A stretch of DNA of 64,000 nt, taken from NCBI RefSeq assembly GCF_006345805.1, contig NC_042999.1, forward strand, positions 141,174,001 to 141,238,000, in the 5' to 3' direction. Position 1 is the stretch's first letter; every line of letters starts with the position of its first letter. The DNA comes from Octopus sinensis (lineage: Eukaryota). Of this stretch, positions 1 to 13,708 are shown one piece after another. The notes below the pieces were generated by a model. It was not told where the DNA came from. It saw only the letters and a program-made list of their open reading frames with translations, and made no database searches. Position numbers and translations under genes: made by a program.

Positions 1-159
1 AATAAAATGACAACTAATTCTGCTAATCATACTGCTATTACCTTTACCAACACCACCAATTACTGCTGCTATTCCTACTATTATTACTATTACTACTACA
101 TCTTAGATATAAAATTCATTCTTTAGCAGGTTCAGGGTACCTTTTTTTTATCTACACTG

Positions 160-729
160 TGTCATTGAAGACAGAATCAGTAGAACAGTACTGAGAAAAA
201 TATCTGGTAGTATTTAGTTACATTCCTTTCCATTCTGATTTTAAATCCCACCAGGATCAGCTTCACTTTTCACTCTCCCTGAATCAATAAAATAAATGTC
301 AAGCTTTGGAGTTAATTACATTGAAAACACTAATTTTTCCCAAATTTAGAAAGACAAAATTAATTTCGGGTTCCTCTTGAAGTGAAAGGTGAGAGTAGAG
401 AGGGGGATGTTGCCCTACTGTATATTGAAAAGTAGCTGAGAGTGGCAAGTACAGCTAGAGTAAATAGGTCCTATCCCCAGTATGCATCTTTAGGCTAGGG
501 AATACCGCTGGAACAGGGCACCTGCCCTTGATAGCTAAGGTAATTTTGGATCTCTAGGGCTCCTTGATTACTAAGGTGGCAATCTTTTTTAAAGGAATTT
601 TTCCTATGTGTACATACTGTGTCAACTGTCATTATTCATGTCATCCAGTTTCAATGTAAACCCCCACATTTAACCTGTCTCTGTAATGTCTCTTCAACTG
701 TTACCTTTGTGCCAATAATACAAGATTAT

Positions 730-767
<38 letters not shown>

Positions 768-3003
768 GCTTCAGATTTTGGCACAAGGCCAGCAATTTTA
801 GTGAGAATGGGTTGGTCAATTACATTGACCCCAGTGCTCAGTTGTTACTTATTCTATCAATGCCAAAAGAATGAAAAAAAAGTTGGCTACGGTTGAATTT
901 GAACTTGGAATATGAAGAAATGCCATTAAACATTTACTCTAATGCCCTAAGATTTTACCAGCTCATTATGATAGCAACAACAACAATAATAATAACAATA
1001 ATTTCTTATACCAGTACAAGGGAACAAACTTCAAAAGGATGGGAAGTGTATTCTGAACCTAGTATATTACTATTACTTATTTATTGTTACCAGAAGGATG
1101 GAAGACAAAGTCAACCTTGGCAGGTTATCAACATTGAAAAACATAACTATTATTAGAACCCCACAGCCTTAGGTGTTGTTTTAATAGTGATAATTTAAAA
1201 GTGATAATTCACTGACCACTTTTGCAAGGAATGATTGCATAATCCAATTGAATGGGCCTTAGTGTATTACTGATATTTTTTAACACTTCACCCCACCCCC
1301 AATGATGTTTAACATTGCAGAATATTTATTTTGTCAATAAAATGCTGTAAAGCACCTAATCTGGCTAAAAACTATCTAGGGACTTCGCAGAAATGGAGAA
1401 ATGTCAGAGTAATTGAACTGAATATTTTGCTGTTTTTGCTTACATCCCTTTATGTTCTGAGTTCAAATACAACAAGGGTTGTTTGTATTTTCCATCATCC
1501 AGGGTGCCAGTGAAATAAGTACCAGTCAAATAGTTGCTTCAATCTCACCAATTACACCTTTTCTACAAATTTGTGGCCTCCTGCCTACATAAGATACAAC
1601 AACTATTATCATCATCATCATCATCAACATCACCATCATGCAAGCAGCAAACTGGTAGAACTGTTACAACATCGGAGATAATGCTTTACTATATTTCTTC
1701 CAGCTCATTGCGTACTGAGTTCAAATTCCACTGAGGTCAACATTGCCTTTCATCCTTTCAGGGTAGATAAATGAATACCAGTTGATCACTGGTGCTTATT
1801 TTATCAATGTTGATGTAATAGACTTGCCACTCTCTTACTGTTGCTGGCTTTGTGCCAAAATTTGAAACTACTACTACTACTTCTATTAAGGCAGTAAGCA
1901 GGCAAAGTTAACACACTGGACATAATACTTTGCAGTATTTCTTTCAGCTCTTTATGTTCTCAGTTCAAATCCTACCAAGGTCAACTTTGCCTTTTATCCT
2001 TATGGGATTGATAAAATAAGCACCTACCAAGTACTGGGACCAATGTAATTGGCCTGCCCTCTCACATCAGAATTGCATGCCTTGTGTCAAGATTAGAAGG
2101 AAATCATTATTATTGCCACAAATTTGGTGGGGAGGGATTTATAGATTAAATTAACTCCATAATAATAATGGTAATAGCTGTCTAACATAGGCACAAAGCC
2201 AGAAATTTGAAGCAGTGGAGGAGGTAGTCAATAATATCAAGACCAATATTTGACTGGTATTTTATTTTATTGATCCCAGAGGGATGGAAGGCAAAGTTGA
2301 CCTCAATGGAATTTGGACTCAGAATGTAAAGAGCCATAAATAAGTTTGTTGTCCTATTTTACTTAGTCCTTCAAGATCTGCTTTCAAATTCTTCTAGGAT
2401 CAATAGAAATGTACCAGCCATTTACTGTGGTTGACTCAATGGGTAGTACATACGTCTCTACTGTCAATTTATGTCCATGTACCCCAGAAATCATTATTAT
2501 TACCATTATTTATTATCATTATTATGCATTTCATCCATCTGCACGATCTGGATTCAAATTCCGCCAAGGTCGACTTTGCTTTTCATCTTTTTGGGATCAA
2601 TAAATTAAGTACCAGTGAAACACTGGGGTTAATGTAATTGACTAGTACCCTCCCCACAAATTGCAGGCTCTGTGCCTTTAGTAGAAAGGATTATTATTAT
2701 TATTATTATTATTGTTGCTGTTGTTGTTGTTTTAAAAAAATAGGAAAACAAAAGGAATCATTATAATTATAACTATTTTTAGGGTTATGGATGTCAGAAA
2801 TGGTAGAGTGCCTGATAAAATGTTCTGTAATATTTAGTTACATCCCTTTGCATTCTGAGTTCAAATCCTGCTGGATTCAATTTTTTCCCTTATCCTTGGG
2901 CAATCAAAATATACCTGCTAAGTACTGAGTAAATAAAATAAATTACATTGCACTTTCAAAATTTATGACCTTGTACCTATACAAGACATTATTATTATTA
3001 TTA

Positions 3004-3040
<37 letters not shown>
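160..3040. mobile_element. Cluster of about eight copies of one tRNA-like SINE family (family A), mostly on +
   Basis: Recurring core ttctgagttcaaattcc.c..aggtc.actttgcctttcatcctt...gataaa.taagtaccag at ~230, 850 (-), 1455, 1715, 1960, 2290 (-), 2550 and 2855. Copies end in tgtgcc.aaa.ttgaaa and (TAT/TAC)n tails. Confidence 0.8.
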
Positions 3041-3042
<2 letters not shown>

Positions 3043-4875
3043 GTTAATACAGTGCATGAAAGTATGGGTTTTAAATAGATAGATATAAATAGAATGAGAA
3101 AGCAAACACCCTGAGGGACTAAAACCTACATATTCTTATAAACACTCAAGGTAATGAATATTTTAATTAATCACTATTATTGTTGTTATTTCTTATATAG
3201 TTACGAGCTCTGAGATGTGTAGCTGAAGAAATATGAGAAGTTAGGAAGTGGCAATGTTCTTGTGTTCCAAAAATCATATGGTACTTGCAGCACTATGAAG
3301 AATACCATTACTTGTAAAAGTATCCAGTGTTAGTAAAATCTTAAATTTATCAACCTCCATGGTTAATAGACACAGCACGAACAACAGGTTCTGTGATAAA
3401 TATCAAGGTATTGATAATGCAAAATATCTAAATAGGTGTCAATAAATCACTTTATGGCATGAAGATTCATGCATAGGTAGTGATAATAAGTGTTCTTGTC
3501 ATAATTGAGAAAATGTGTGTGGTAGGGAAAGGTTCTTGTTTCTCGTTTTTTTTTAGTTTATTTTTTTTCTTTATTATTAATTCTTTTCACTCTATGCAAA
3601 ATAATTTTGGCAAGTTCTGAGATAACTAAAATTAACAAAAGAACGACAACAACGACGATGATAGTGGTGGTGGTAACTGGAATCAATTCATTTTTTAATT
3701 ACTGTGTATATCTTTCTTTTCATTCTCCCTCTATCTCTTTCACTTTCTCCCTCTCTCTTTCCTTTTCTTTCTCTCCCTCTCTTCCTTTCTTCCCCTCTCT
3801 TATACACACACACACACACATACACCAGCCCCTATCCTAGTAATAGTTTTATATTTTCCATGATTTTATATTTTTTCTTTATTACTTTAATTAGATATTA
3901 TTCACAAGCACATGTACATACATGCTTATACATATACATGCACATAGCTACACATACACACACGCACACACGCACATATATATGCACACTAAACTAGTAC
4001 ACACTTTAACTATCCATCCATCCATCCATCTCTTTATCAAGCTCTTTTCACCAACAGTATCCCTAATATTTTCTTTATGACTACTTCTTCACCAAATGCA
4101 TGCAGCCTACACACACACACATACAACCCCGCATAGGTGTCTGTGTGCATTTGTTCATATGCGCAACAAACACACTCATGAGCACCTCTGCAGCGATACA
4201 TATTTGCCTACATACACACGTGTGTACAGCACCTGTCTTTTGAACTGATATATATACTTTAGCTACCTAACCATCCAGCTACAGATATTTGTCGACAATT
4301 CGTCTATCCTTTTCCTTTATCATGTACCTTGATGTGTGCATGGACTTACACAAACACATATGCATGCACATGCACGCACATGCACACCCACACATATGCA
4401 CGTGTGCACACACACACACACATACACACAACCACCACTTACATACACTCACTTATTCCTTTGTACAGTTCTGTATCTTTCTCTCCATTCCATTCAGGGC
4501 TTTATTTTTATTTTATTCCTCTCCCCCACTCACCCACACAATCAATATGAGAATAACTTTATAATAGATCTCTTTGCAGAATATCTTCACTGTCAACACT
4601 TGATGTTGATCAATTGGTTTTTCAAAAGTGAGAGTTAATAAGCACAAGGAGATAGCAATAACTAGAAAAATGCTTTGTTAACCAGTTAACACGATATGAA
4701 CGTATAATAATAAATATCTATATAGAAAACCTTTACAGTTAATAATTGATGTTTGGGCAATTCATTTTTCAAAACTGATAAGTGATCAATATTATCAACC
4801 CTTGGAAAAGAGAAGGCAACAACAGACACAACTGCAACAACAAAACTGCTAAGTAATCAACAATTGTTTACTTAC

Positions 4876-4889
4876 CTTAAGTCTTTCAT
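4876..4889 (-). other. Candidate first coding exon end of an unidentified minus-strand gene (ATG AAA GAC TTA AG|GTAAGT)
   Basis: Perfect AG|GTAAGT donor 14 nt after an ATG in aagATG context, preceded by long UTR-like low-complexity sequence. No protein identity recognised. Confidence 0.25.
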
Positions 4890-6101
4890 CTTGCCCTTAG
4901 CAGTAGGGGTGGTGATTTCCACTGTTTCTATTTAACACAACCTCTCATTCCTTTTTTTCTTAACAGAATAAATGGTATTCCATATGTTAGAAAATATATT
5001 TATTTTGGATTTTTGTTGTTGTAACAAAAGAGATTGCTGTTTGTTTTACTGTGTGTATGTGGATGTGTAATAATTTTTTTTTTTTGCAAACAAATAGACC
5101 AACAGACAGATAAACAAACACAAAAGAACAGGGAACACTGGAAGTGATCAGCTAATAATTCCTTGATATGAAAATAGATGATTGTCAATTTGAGTTCCTT
5201 GTAACATTAGGCTCCTTTTTCTGGGTGAGCTTTTTGTGGTTTTGATAAGAGATATGTATAGATATGTGTTTACGCACATGTGTATGGCGGGTGAGTATGT
5301 GTATGTGATTACGAGAATGTGAGTTCATGTAAAAGTGTTTGCGTCTTTCTGTTTTGTCTGTTTGTGTGTTTGTGTTGGTTTTTTTGTTTATGACTGTTCT
5401 TTTTTTCTTTCTGTTTTCAGCTATTTAGCAGCTTTTCTGTTGAGTATTTATATACCTATATCCTTAATGGAATGGACATGTAACACTCAGGCACTCAAAT
5501 ATATATACATATACACACAAACATAAAACAATTATATCTCATATACCTATAAATTCGTACAGATTGACTTTATGCGTTTGTATATATGTATATATATATA
5601 TATATATTACATATATTTACACACAAAAATATACACACACAGTAAGTCTAGTATATTGACAATAGGGTACAACAATCTATTTCACACACACACATGCACA
5701 TATATATATGTATATATATATATATTTATGTATATATATAATTATATATATATATGTATGTGTGTGTATCTGTGTTTGTGTTTGAACTTGAAACAGAAAG
5801 TAAAGGTAACTCTAGCTTTAGCGAAAATGGTTTACCTGTAAAGCTAAGGGTCTGTTTTACCTGAGTGTTGTTGTTACTGTGTGTGTAAACTACATAGAAG
5901 TAGAGTGTCTCATTTAAAGAAGATAGACAAAGTAGAGGTGAGATTTGTTTTGTTTGTTTGTTTTCTTCTTGTTTATCTGGATTTTAGGTGTGTTGTTTTT
6001 GTATGAGTGTGTGTTTAGTTAGAGCTTATTATGTATGCTGTGCTGTGGTGTATATGCGTATATTAAGTCAACTCAAATGAGTTGCATGGACAGTTAAAGG
6101 C

Positions 6102-6145
<44 letters not shown>

Positions 6146-6777
6146 TAATAATGATAATAATCCAGATGGAAGTGTTGTAATAATGTAGATAAAAAGAATC
6201 CTAGTGACAACAATACTAAGTGTATATATGTATATGTATGTACATATATATATTTATTTATATATATATATAAATATATATTTATATATACACACCACAC
6301 TAGGCCTTTAACTGTCAGAGCTGCTCCAATGTGCTCACTTCTGCTAACAGCTCTAGCATTAGTTAAGATAAAAAAAAATATCTTATTTTTTCTTCTTCCT
6401 TTCTTTTTTCTTTTCTTTTTTTCTTTTTTTGGTAATATTTGTCTTCTTCTAAGGATCTGTGGACTAAGAATTTATCTAAGTATCTTTCACCTCCACCTCT
6501 CTGGCTCCACCTCTACCTCCTTTCCTCCTCATCCTTCTCTCCCTGCTACTTCTACTTTTGCTACTACTGCTGCTGCTGCTGCTGCCAATATTGTTATTTC
6601 TGATGATGTTGTTGTTATTGTTGTGGTTGTTGTTGCCAGCTGACTGCTGTTCCTCAAACAAGCTCCTTGCAGCTACCATTCCAGATCACTTAAAACATAT
6701 ACCGAGCTCTTAACTTCAGCTCTCCTATTTGCTGCCTGTTCTATTTGGTCTGTTCTCTTTTTCTCTACATATCTGTG

Positions 6778-6810
<33 letters not shown>

Positions 6811-8341
6811 ATGAACGAAAGGGAGTAAGAAAGGGAAAGAGAGAGAGAGAGTATCGGATGGGAATCAGTTATTGTTATGAGGATATTGTTATCATAGTTC
6901 GAACACCTACTGAATTTGCACCCTCAAATTAATGCATTTATTTAAATCTTCCTGTTCTGTGCTTGTGCTCCTATATTGTGTACTAGTCTTTCTCTATCTC
7001 CCTCTCTTTACATACACACATGCACACTGATGAGGGTCTCCCTTCCCATGATATATAATCTAAAATGCAGTACCTTGGTTGTGTAACACAACCTTAACAA
7101 ATACTATCTTCCACCGTGTTCCTACCACGAAGTTCATTAAACTACTGCTTTTCTCAGATTTTTCTCTTACCTGCCAACCCAAACACCTTTTTCCTGTAGC
7201 TTTCATCCTGGACTAAGGTGTAACTGCTATAGTAAAACGGGCTCCTTTTGCATTTCTCCACGGATAGATAGGTTGATAGATAAATAGATAGCTATACAGG
7301 TAAACAGGTAGATTTATTATTTAATAAATGCAATCATAAAAATATCATTGCATATAGCACCAGACACACACACACAGAGGCACACAACAAAAAGGGATGT
7401 GGGTCTGTTGGCTGTATATTGCAGCCTAACAATCTATCACTACCCCAACACCAATGTTGCTGCTGCTGCTGCTGGTACTACTACTGCCACCATCACCACC
7501 ACCACCTCCACCGTTCATACCATTACTAACACTGCTACTACCCAATATGAATAAAACAGCTAAACAGTTAAGACAAGCTTATTTCACAGTCATGCTGTAT
7601 CCAGATGTTGGTTAGCCTGGCAAGGTACCTGCTCTCACCTTATGTTAAAGCAAAACAAGTCAGCAAGAGAGCCTCTACATGATCATACATGCTAGAAATA
7701 GTAGCCAAATCTCCCTCATATCAAACCATAATGTCTAAGAAAAGAACCTATTGAATAATGTGGTCTTTAGTTCCCTGCACATTAGTAAAAGACTGGGTAC
7801 TCATAGCTAGTATGCCTTCATATGTCAGCTCAATCAGGGCTGACCTGGAGCTACACAACAACTGCAAAACAACTACACATTGTATCTGTGTGTATATTGA
7901 TGAGAACAGATACAGTGTATAAAAAGGAACAACTTAGTTACTCTTGGGTTTTAGTTTTTTGGAGGAGGAGGTGTTTTTATTTTTATTATTATCACAGTAG
8001 TTAAATTAAACTGTTTACAAATAGAACTTGTGTGGCTAAGGATATGAAGTGACAGGTCCACTGTCCTCGTTATAAGGGTTTATTATCTCAAACATTAGTG
8101 TAGCCCTGATGATTCTTGCTCAGTACTCAGGGTACTAACAGCTCCAGTCACTACTGGTGAACATTCAATTACTTTTGTTCCATTAGCAATTCCATTCCAA
8201 TACTAACTTACCAGTGATTCTTCCAACCACAAATTAAACAACCTAATGTCACACATGTGTGTGTATGTATATTCATACATTCTCTCTCTCTCTCTCTCTC
8301 TTTGTCTTTCTCTGTTTCTATCTGTCTGTCTGTCTCTCTCT

Positions 8342-8372
<31 letters not shown>

Positions 8373-10319
8373 CACATGCACACACATATAGATATCAATA
8401 TTGATTTTAATCTCGGGGTGGTACATTGGTAAAGATAGTCACCTAAAAGCCTTGGAATGGCTATGTATTTGATGCCTACAGGGGTCAGTATCAGTAATAT
8501 ATTAGTGTTGATTCATTTGCATTTAATCTTTTTGTTAAAGGATTTGGACCTCTTACTGCCTATATGTGGTCAACTTGCTAGAAATAGCAGTCGAATATCT
8601 TGTAAGTTACCTTATACTGGATAATGTAACCCCCTGTGTGAGAAAAGAATCTTTTAACCAAATGAGATGGTCACCACTGGAATGTTTTTGATCATAGCTC
8701 TGCTCAATCAGAACTGATTTGTAGTCAACAACAACATCAAATATAATGTTAACATAAATCAGAAATTGCATGAGTCAATTTATACCTGTATATATAACCT
8801 GTTAATACTAACATGTAAGTACTAACTAATAGTCACTTAATTTCTTCAGTATCTTATTTTATGAATGAAATTTTCTCTCTCTTTCTCATTTTCTTTCTCT
8901 CTATCTTCCTCTCCCTCTCTCTTCTTCTATCCTTTTGTCTTTATCCCTCCCTTTTCTCTCTCCTCTCTTTCTTCCTCCCTTTTCTCTCTCCTTCTTCCTC
9001 TCTCTCTCACCCATTTTGTATGTGAGCGTGTTTAATGTTTTAAAATGTTTTAAATAGCCTCTTTAGCTAACCACATGTATGTGTTGATGTGTATATTATA
9101 TGATCATATACTGGAATATTTAAATATTTAAAAAGTTCACTTTACAATCATGAAGCTTTGAGTCCAATCCCACTGTATGGTACCTTGCACAAGTGCCTTC
9201 AATCATAATCTCAGGTCAACCTAAGTATTGTGACTAAAACTCAGAACTCAAAAATTATACCAAAGCCTGCAATTACACTTGTAATTCAAAGGACCAACCT
9301 TATATATTGTGTCAGACTGAGCCTGCCTTAGAATTACATCAAGGTTACAAGTGATGTAATTCTAAGTAGTTGCTTCATTGATTGGGCACCCTAAATAACA
9401 TCATGGGAACTCATATGTGATCCATATATTTTATATAATACTTAAGCATACACACACATATAGGAATACATACATTTACAACACACACACTTTTATATAT
9501 AAGTTAATGCATATGTTTACCACAAACCCAATGAACAATGTGTCCCAGTATAAGTTTTGGAACAAAATTTGCTTAGGGGGTGCAAACCCAGTTTTCCATG
9601 AGGATGTTCAAAGCTCCACAAAAATTGGCAGCAGGAGCACTTGCACTCCCTGTTCCTGAGCCTATGTACCTCAGGTTTTTCTGTTAGAGTTCTCCCTCTC
9701 CTGGGTTAGTTGCTTTTGCCATGGCTGGTAGGCTAAACATGCACCTGGGTACTAAACTAAAAATTTTTTAATTCCTACGCATAGATGCATATATCATATA
9801 ACTGGATAGCCATTGACTCTTCTGAGTTCATTTGCTTTCTGAGGAGTTTTTTTGTCATCCTGCAGGGGTGTCCAAAAATAACCCTACTCACTAAGCGAGC
9901 TTGGGTAGTGTTGCTGGTGTAGCTGCTGATGGCCTGACCATGCAACAGGTTGTACTCAAATTGACCTGACCGTATAGCTATACATTTATATGTATACACA
10001 CATATGCACATTTAGGTATGTATATATATAATGAATATGTGTGTGTTTGTGTGTATGCGTGTGTAATTACAGATGAATATAGCAAAAGAAACCCAATTTG
10101 TAGCTGTTTCTAAGTGTGCTCAGGCAACAAAATATACCTGGCATCTAGTAGTCTGTATCACTATGTCTGTATATCTACATTTCTACAATTATTTCATTTC
10201 AATAATAATAGTTCTCTATACAAATTCTTCTATCGATGATAATGAGGATAACAATAATCATGTGTGTGTGTGTTTATTTGCTTTAATGACCTGAATTTCT
10301 GTTTATATGTGCTTGATCG

Positions 10320-10500
10320 ATTTCTGACTAACATGTTGTTTAACCCCAAGTCAGTTCTGACTGAACAAACCTATGATCAAAAGCATTCCAACCATGACCA
10401 GTTGTTTCTTTATATGTCAGAGACTGCATTATCCTTCTATTTTTAAGACTGAAGGTTTAATTTAATGGAAATTTGGTTGCTATTTCTAGTTGTTTCATCA
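10320..10500 (+). repeat. Interspersed repeat family D (unclassified, probably retroposon-derived)
   Basis: gttgtttaaccccaagtcag...gacctatgatcaaaagcattccaaccatgacc...gctatttctag. Related copies at ~7640-7850 (-), 8575-8740 (-), 32030, 33780, 37050 and 45130-45330 (-). Confidence 0.6.
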
Positions 10501-12668
10501 GCCATATAGAGGTTCCTTTGATTGCTTTAGAGACTAATGTATTATAGTTATATAAACTTTGGAAATATATACAAGTACATTTATATGTATTTGGGGTTTA
10601 ACAGTTAGAGTATTTTATCATAAAAATATAATGCCACAGGTTCAATTCCTGTATCAGGCAGTGGATTGTTCTTTGAGCAAGATACTTCATTTCACATTAC
10701 TCCAGTTTACTCTACTGAAAATGACTACCAGTCAAGTGCTTGTGCAGCTCTCTTTTCATCTAGGTGTCACATCCTGGATGTGACATTGGACCAAGTGGAA
10801 GTGTTGAGAGAGTGTCTATGACTACTTGTGACTAAGTAGGGACCTAAAACAATTAACAAGAGCATGGTACATCCTACCAAACTATGCTGCTTCATGGGTG
10901 ACTACTAGCATTTTAAATAAGTACTTGGAGAGTTTCTCTGGGCAAACATGATTCAGTGACGCAGTCCTCTTTGCTGTAAATAGAGATTACATGGAATAAT
11001 TTAATGACATATGCAGTGGGTAAAATTGATAAAACTAAATTTGTTCTGCTTCTCCTGTGGTTATTACTTGCAGAGGCTGGCTAGGTACTTTGGATGAAAC
11101 ACGTGTTGAATGGTACCCTAATAACTTTATGGCTTATAGTCAACTACAATAAAATACTTAGTGTTGTTGATTATACACATCACCAGATAAGTATTGAGCT
11201 AATGAAGAAGCCTTTTTTGTGGTCATTTGACTGCTATTTCTTGCAACCAAATTTCCCTCAAATTATATCCCCCCATCTTATAACAAGGTCACATTGGAAA
11301 ATGTATCTTAAATATATAAAACAATGGGGTGGTTATATTTGGAATGCTTTTGCTGATAAATCTTGATCAGAACTGGCTTGGGGCTAACCAGCAAACAACT
11401 GTACGTGTATGAGTGTGTTGCCTGTTCAGGTAAAAGTAATGTTCGCACATTTTGTAATTATTATATCTATGAGATTTAGTGTTCCCATACCACAATATGA
11501 ACCCTTTTAAATATCAGTAATTCTTAATGGAGGCTGGCGCAGGACTCTGAGAGGGGGTAAGGAATTCATCATACTTGTCGTACTTGCACCTAAGAATTTC
11601 AAGGGATCTCAGAAAATATTTGCCTTTGTTGAAGAATTGTTGTACACCTTGATAAAATTTTTCTCAGAAACCCTGGTTTCGCCCAAATATGTATATTTGT
11701 GCATGTATGTGTGGTAATGATGATAATCAATTAGTTGATTAATTTATATCCATTGAATATCTCCATTTTCAAACTTTAAAAATTTATATATATATATATA
11801 TATGTAGGTATGTATGTATTTTTGCATGTGTATACATGTGTGTGTGTAGCATGTGATGTATTAGATTAAAAGAAACTTTGGTGGAATAAGTTAAAGTATA
11901 CCTGAAGGATATGAACCCATATATTTTGTACCCATGTCATTCATGGTTGAGACTCACAAGTACCTTTCAGCCTTTTCCCTACCAAATGTTTTTTTAACCC
12001 AATATATTACATGCTATTATTTGTAACTGTATCCACTTCGAGGTTCATCCTTAAATTTTTTTAAATACACATTAACTGGATCTACAAAATACAAATGCAT
12101 CTATGAAATAATCTTCTGTACAATGTGTACTGGGTGTATTTTTCATGGTATCAACACCCAAATAATTGTCTTATTTACCAATCACTTTAAGGGGAGTACA
12201 GAGGAGTGTGTTTTTCACTATGGACCCAGTATAGGAGGTGGAGCATCTTGTACACAGTAAATGTAATGGATACTCAGTAATCTAAGAAATGTAGACTGTG
12301 GAAATATGTGAGAGAGAGGCAGACAGACAGATAGACAAACAGACAGATAGAGAATGAGAGAGGGAGAGAAAGAGAGAGCGATTGGTAATGACTACAGAAA
12401 GGCAAAAAAATGTTAGCCAAGAGTGGCAAGAGTATAAAGATGGTGAGTACTCAATAACCTAGGGCATGTACATTGGCATAGGTGACTAAGGAAGGGAATA
12501 AGAGAAAGAGTATGATGATATCTGAAGGACCAGGAGGGGTGGGTGAAATGGAAAAGATTGTTTAGGGTGGAGTCAGAAAGGAAGTGCAAAAGCAGGAGAA
12601 AAAGGTAAGGGTAAGTTTTGAGATAAAGACAAAAGTAGGTGATGGATGGCAATAGAAGTGGCTTAGAG

Positions 12669-12961
12669 CAGTGCTACTTAAATTGGTGGTCTGCGGACTG
12701 GCACCAGTTCACAAGCCATCAGCTGCTGGTACACAGCGAGTTTCCAGAAAAGAAAGAAACATTATAAAATGCTTATGTAATATTGTATTATTTGTTTATA
12801 AAATAAATATAAAATTTTAAAAATTGTCAACTTTTATTATATTCAATATATATATTGTTTCTGGTATAAATTAATATTACTAAGAAATATTACCAGCCCC
12901 TGGCATATTGGACAAAAGAAAAACTATCAGTACGCCACATCAGATAGTTTGAGAAGCACTG
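12669..12961. mobile_element. hAT (Charlie-like) MITE, 293 bp
   Basis: TIRs CAGTGCTACTTAAA / TTTGAGAAGCACTG (12 of 14 match); imperfect 8-bp TSD GCTTAGAG / GCTTAAGG. Confidence 0.7.
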
Positions 12962-13206
12962 GCTTAAGGACAAAGATTAATGCTTGGCAGTACAGAAGTG
13001 CAAAGTTATACTACATCAGGTGGAGAGATAAGGGTGATCCAATGATGCTATTTCTTAAACACATGTCTAGTGAAGAGTAAAGGAGTCAACATGATAAGGA
13101 TTATACAGCCTCTGCAGGTTGTGGAAAAAGAGAGCTGGAAGACCATAAGTGATAAATGAGTGAAAAGGGAATGAGCAATTGATAGATAAGAGGTGGGGAA
13201 GGGGCA

Positions 13207-13245
<39 letters not shown>

Positions 13246-13597
13246 TAGCAGTTTCATCATACCCAAATATATCATTACAGATACATAGACATAATGTATA
13301 GCAAATGATCCTCACTTTCATTTCTAGTGGACATAGAAACTGACTTAATAAAAAAAGGTTTGTTGACATTCTCTGTCAAGAAATCAGTCTCTGGCCCGAT
13401 GCTTTCAAAGACAAATGAAATTTTAAAAATCCCTTATTTAAAAACAGTTAAGAGTTAGTGACAAGTAGATCCTCCAATGCTTCAGTAATATGTATTTTTT
13501 CAACTGATGCTAACACGGTAAATTGGAAATAAACAAATATGTCATTCAATCATGACAGTGAGTGAATAATATTCTTAATGCTCCAGTTAATTCTTAA

Positions 13598-13708
13598 CTC
13601 TTTTAGTCCTGACTTCTTGAACCCTATTTTACCTGGCACTCCACCGGTGCTATGGTATAGAGAAAAATAAGCCATCCACCAGTAAACTGGTGTTACGGGC
13701 TCAAAGGG
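13598..13708. mobile_element. Possible piggyBac-type MITE
   Basis: TTAA at both ends; degenerate TIRs ctcttttagtcctg versus (reverse complement) ccctttgagcccg. Confidence 0.3.

Noticed and set aside
7022-7075. CTGATGAG...aaaatgcagTA, reminiscent of a hammerhead core
   Set aside because: GAAA box is broken, and no stem II or stem I closes the motif.
3607-8426. Many 60-100 aa ORFs rich in HT, CV, YI, RE or poly-Y/N/S (also 32477-32972, 38950-39222, 49636-50193 and 60073-60526)
   Set aside because: Translations of (CA)n, (TA)n, (GA)n and trinucleotide microsatellites; no protein-like signal.
10470-10505. Minus-strand CTGATGA...GAAA spacing
   Set aside because: The intervening bases cannot form stem II; it lies within repeat family D.
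11479-11680. Possible hAT MITE ending in ctcagaaaccctg
   Set aside because: No matching left TIR or 8-bp TSD could be established.
12400-13200. Purine-rich sequence around the hAT MITE with faint similarity to a Penelope linker (SFRYHHTL, CQCTCPR)
   Set aside because: Similarity is too weak to call by eye; needs a profile search.
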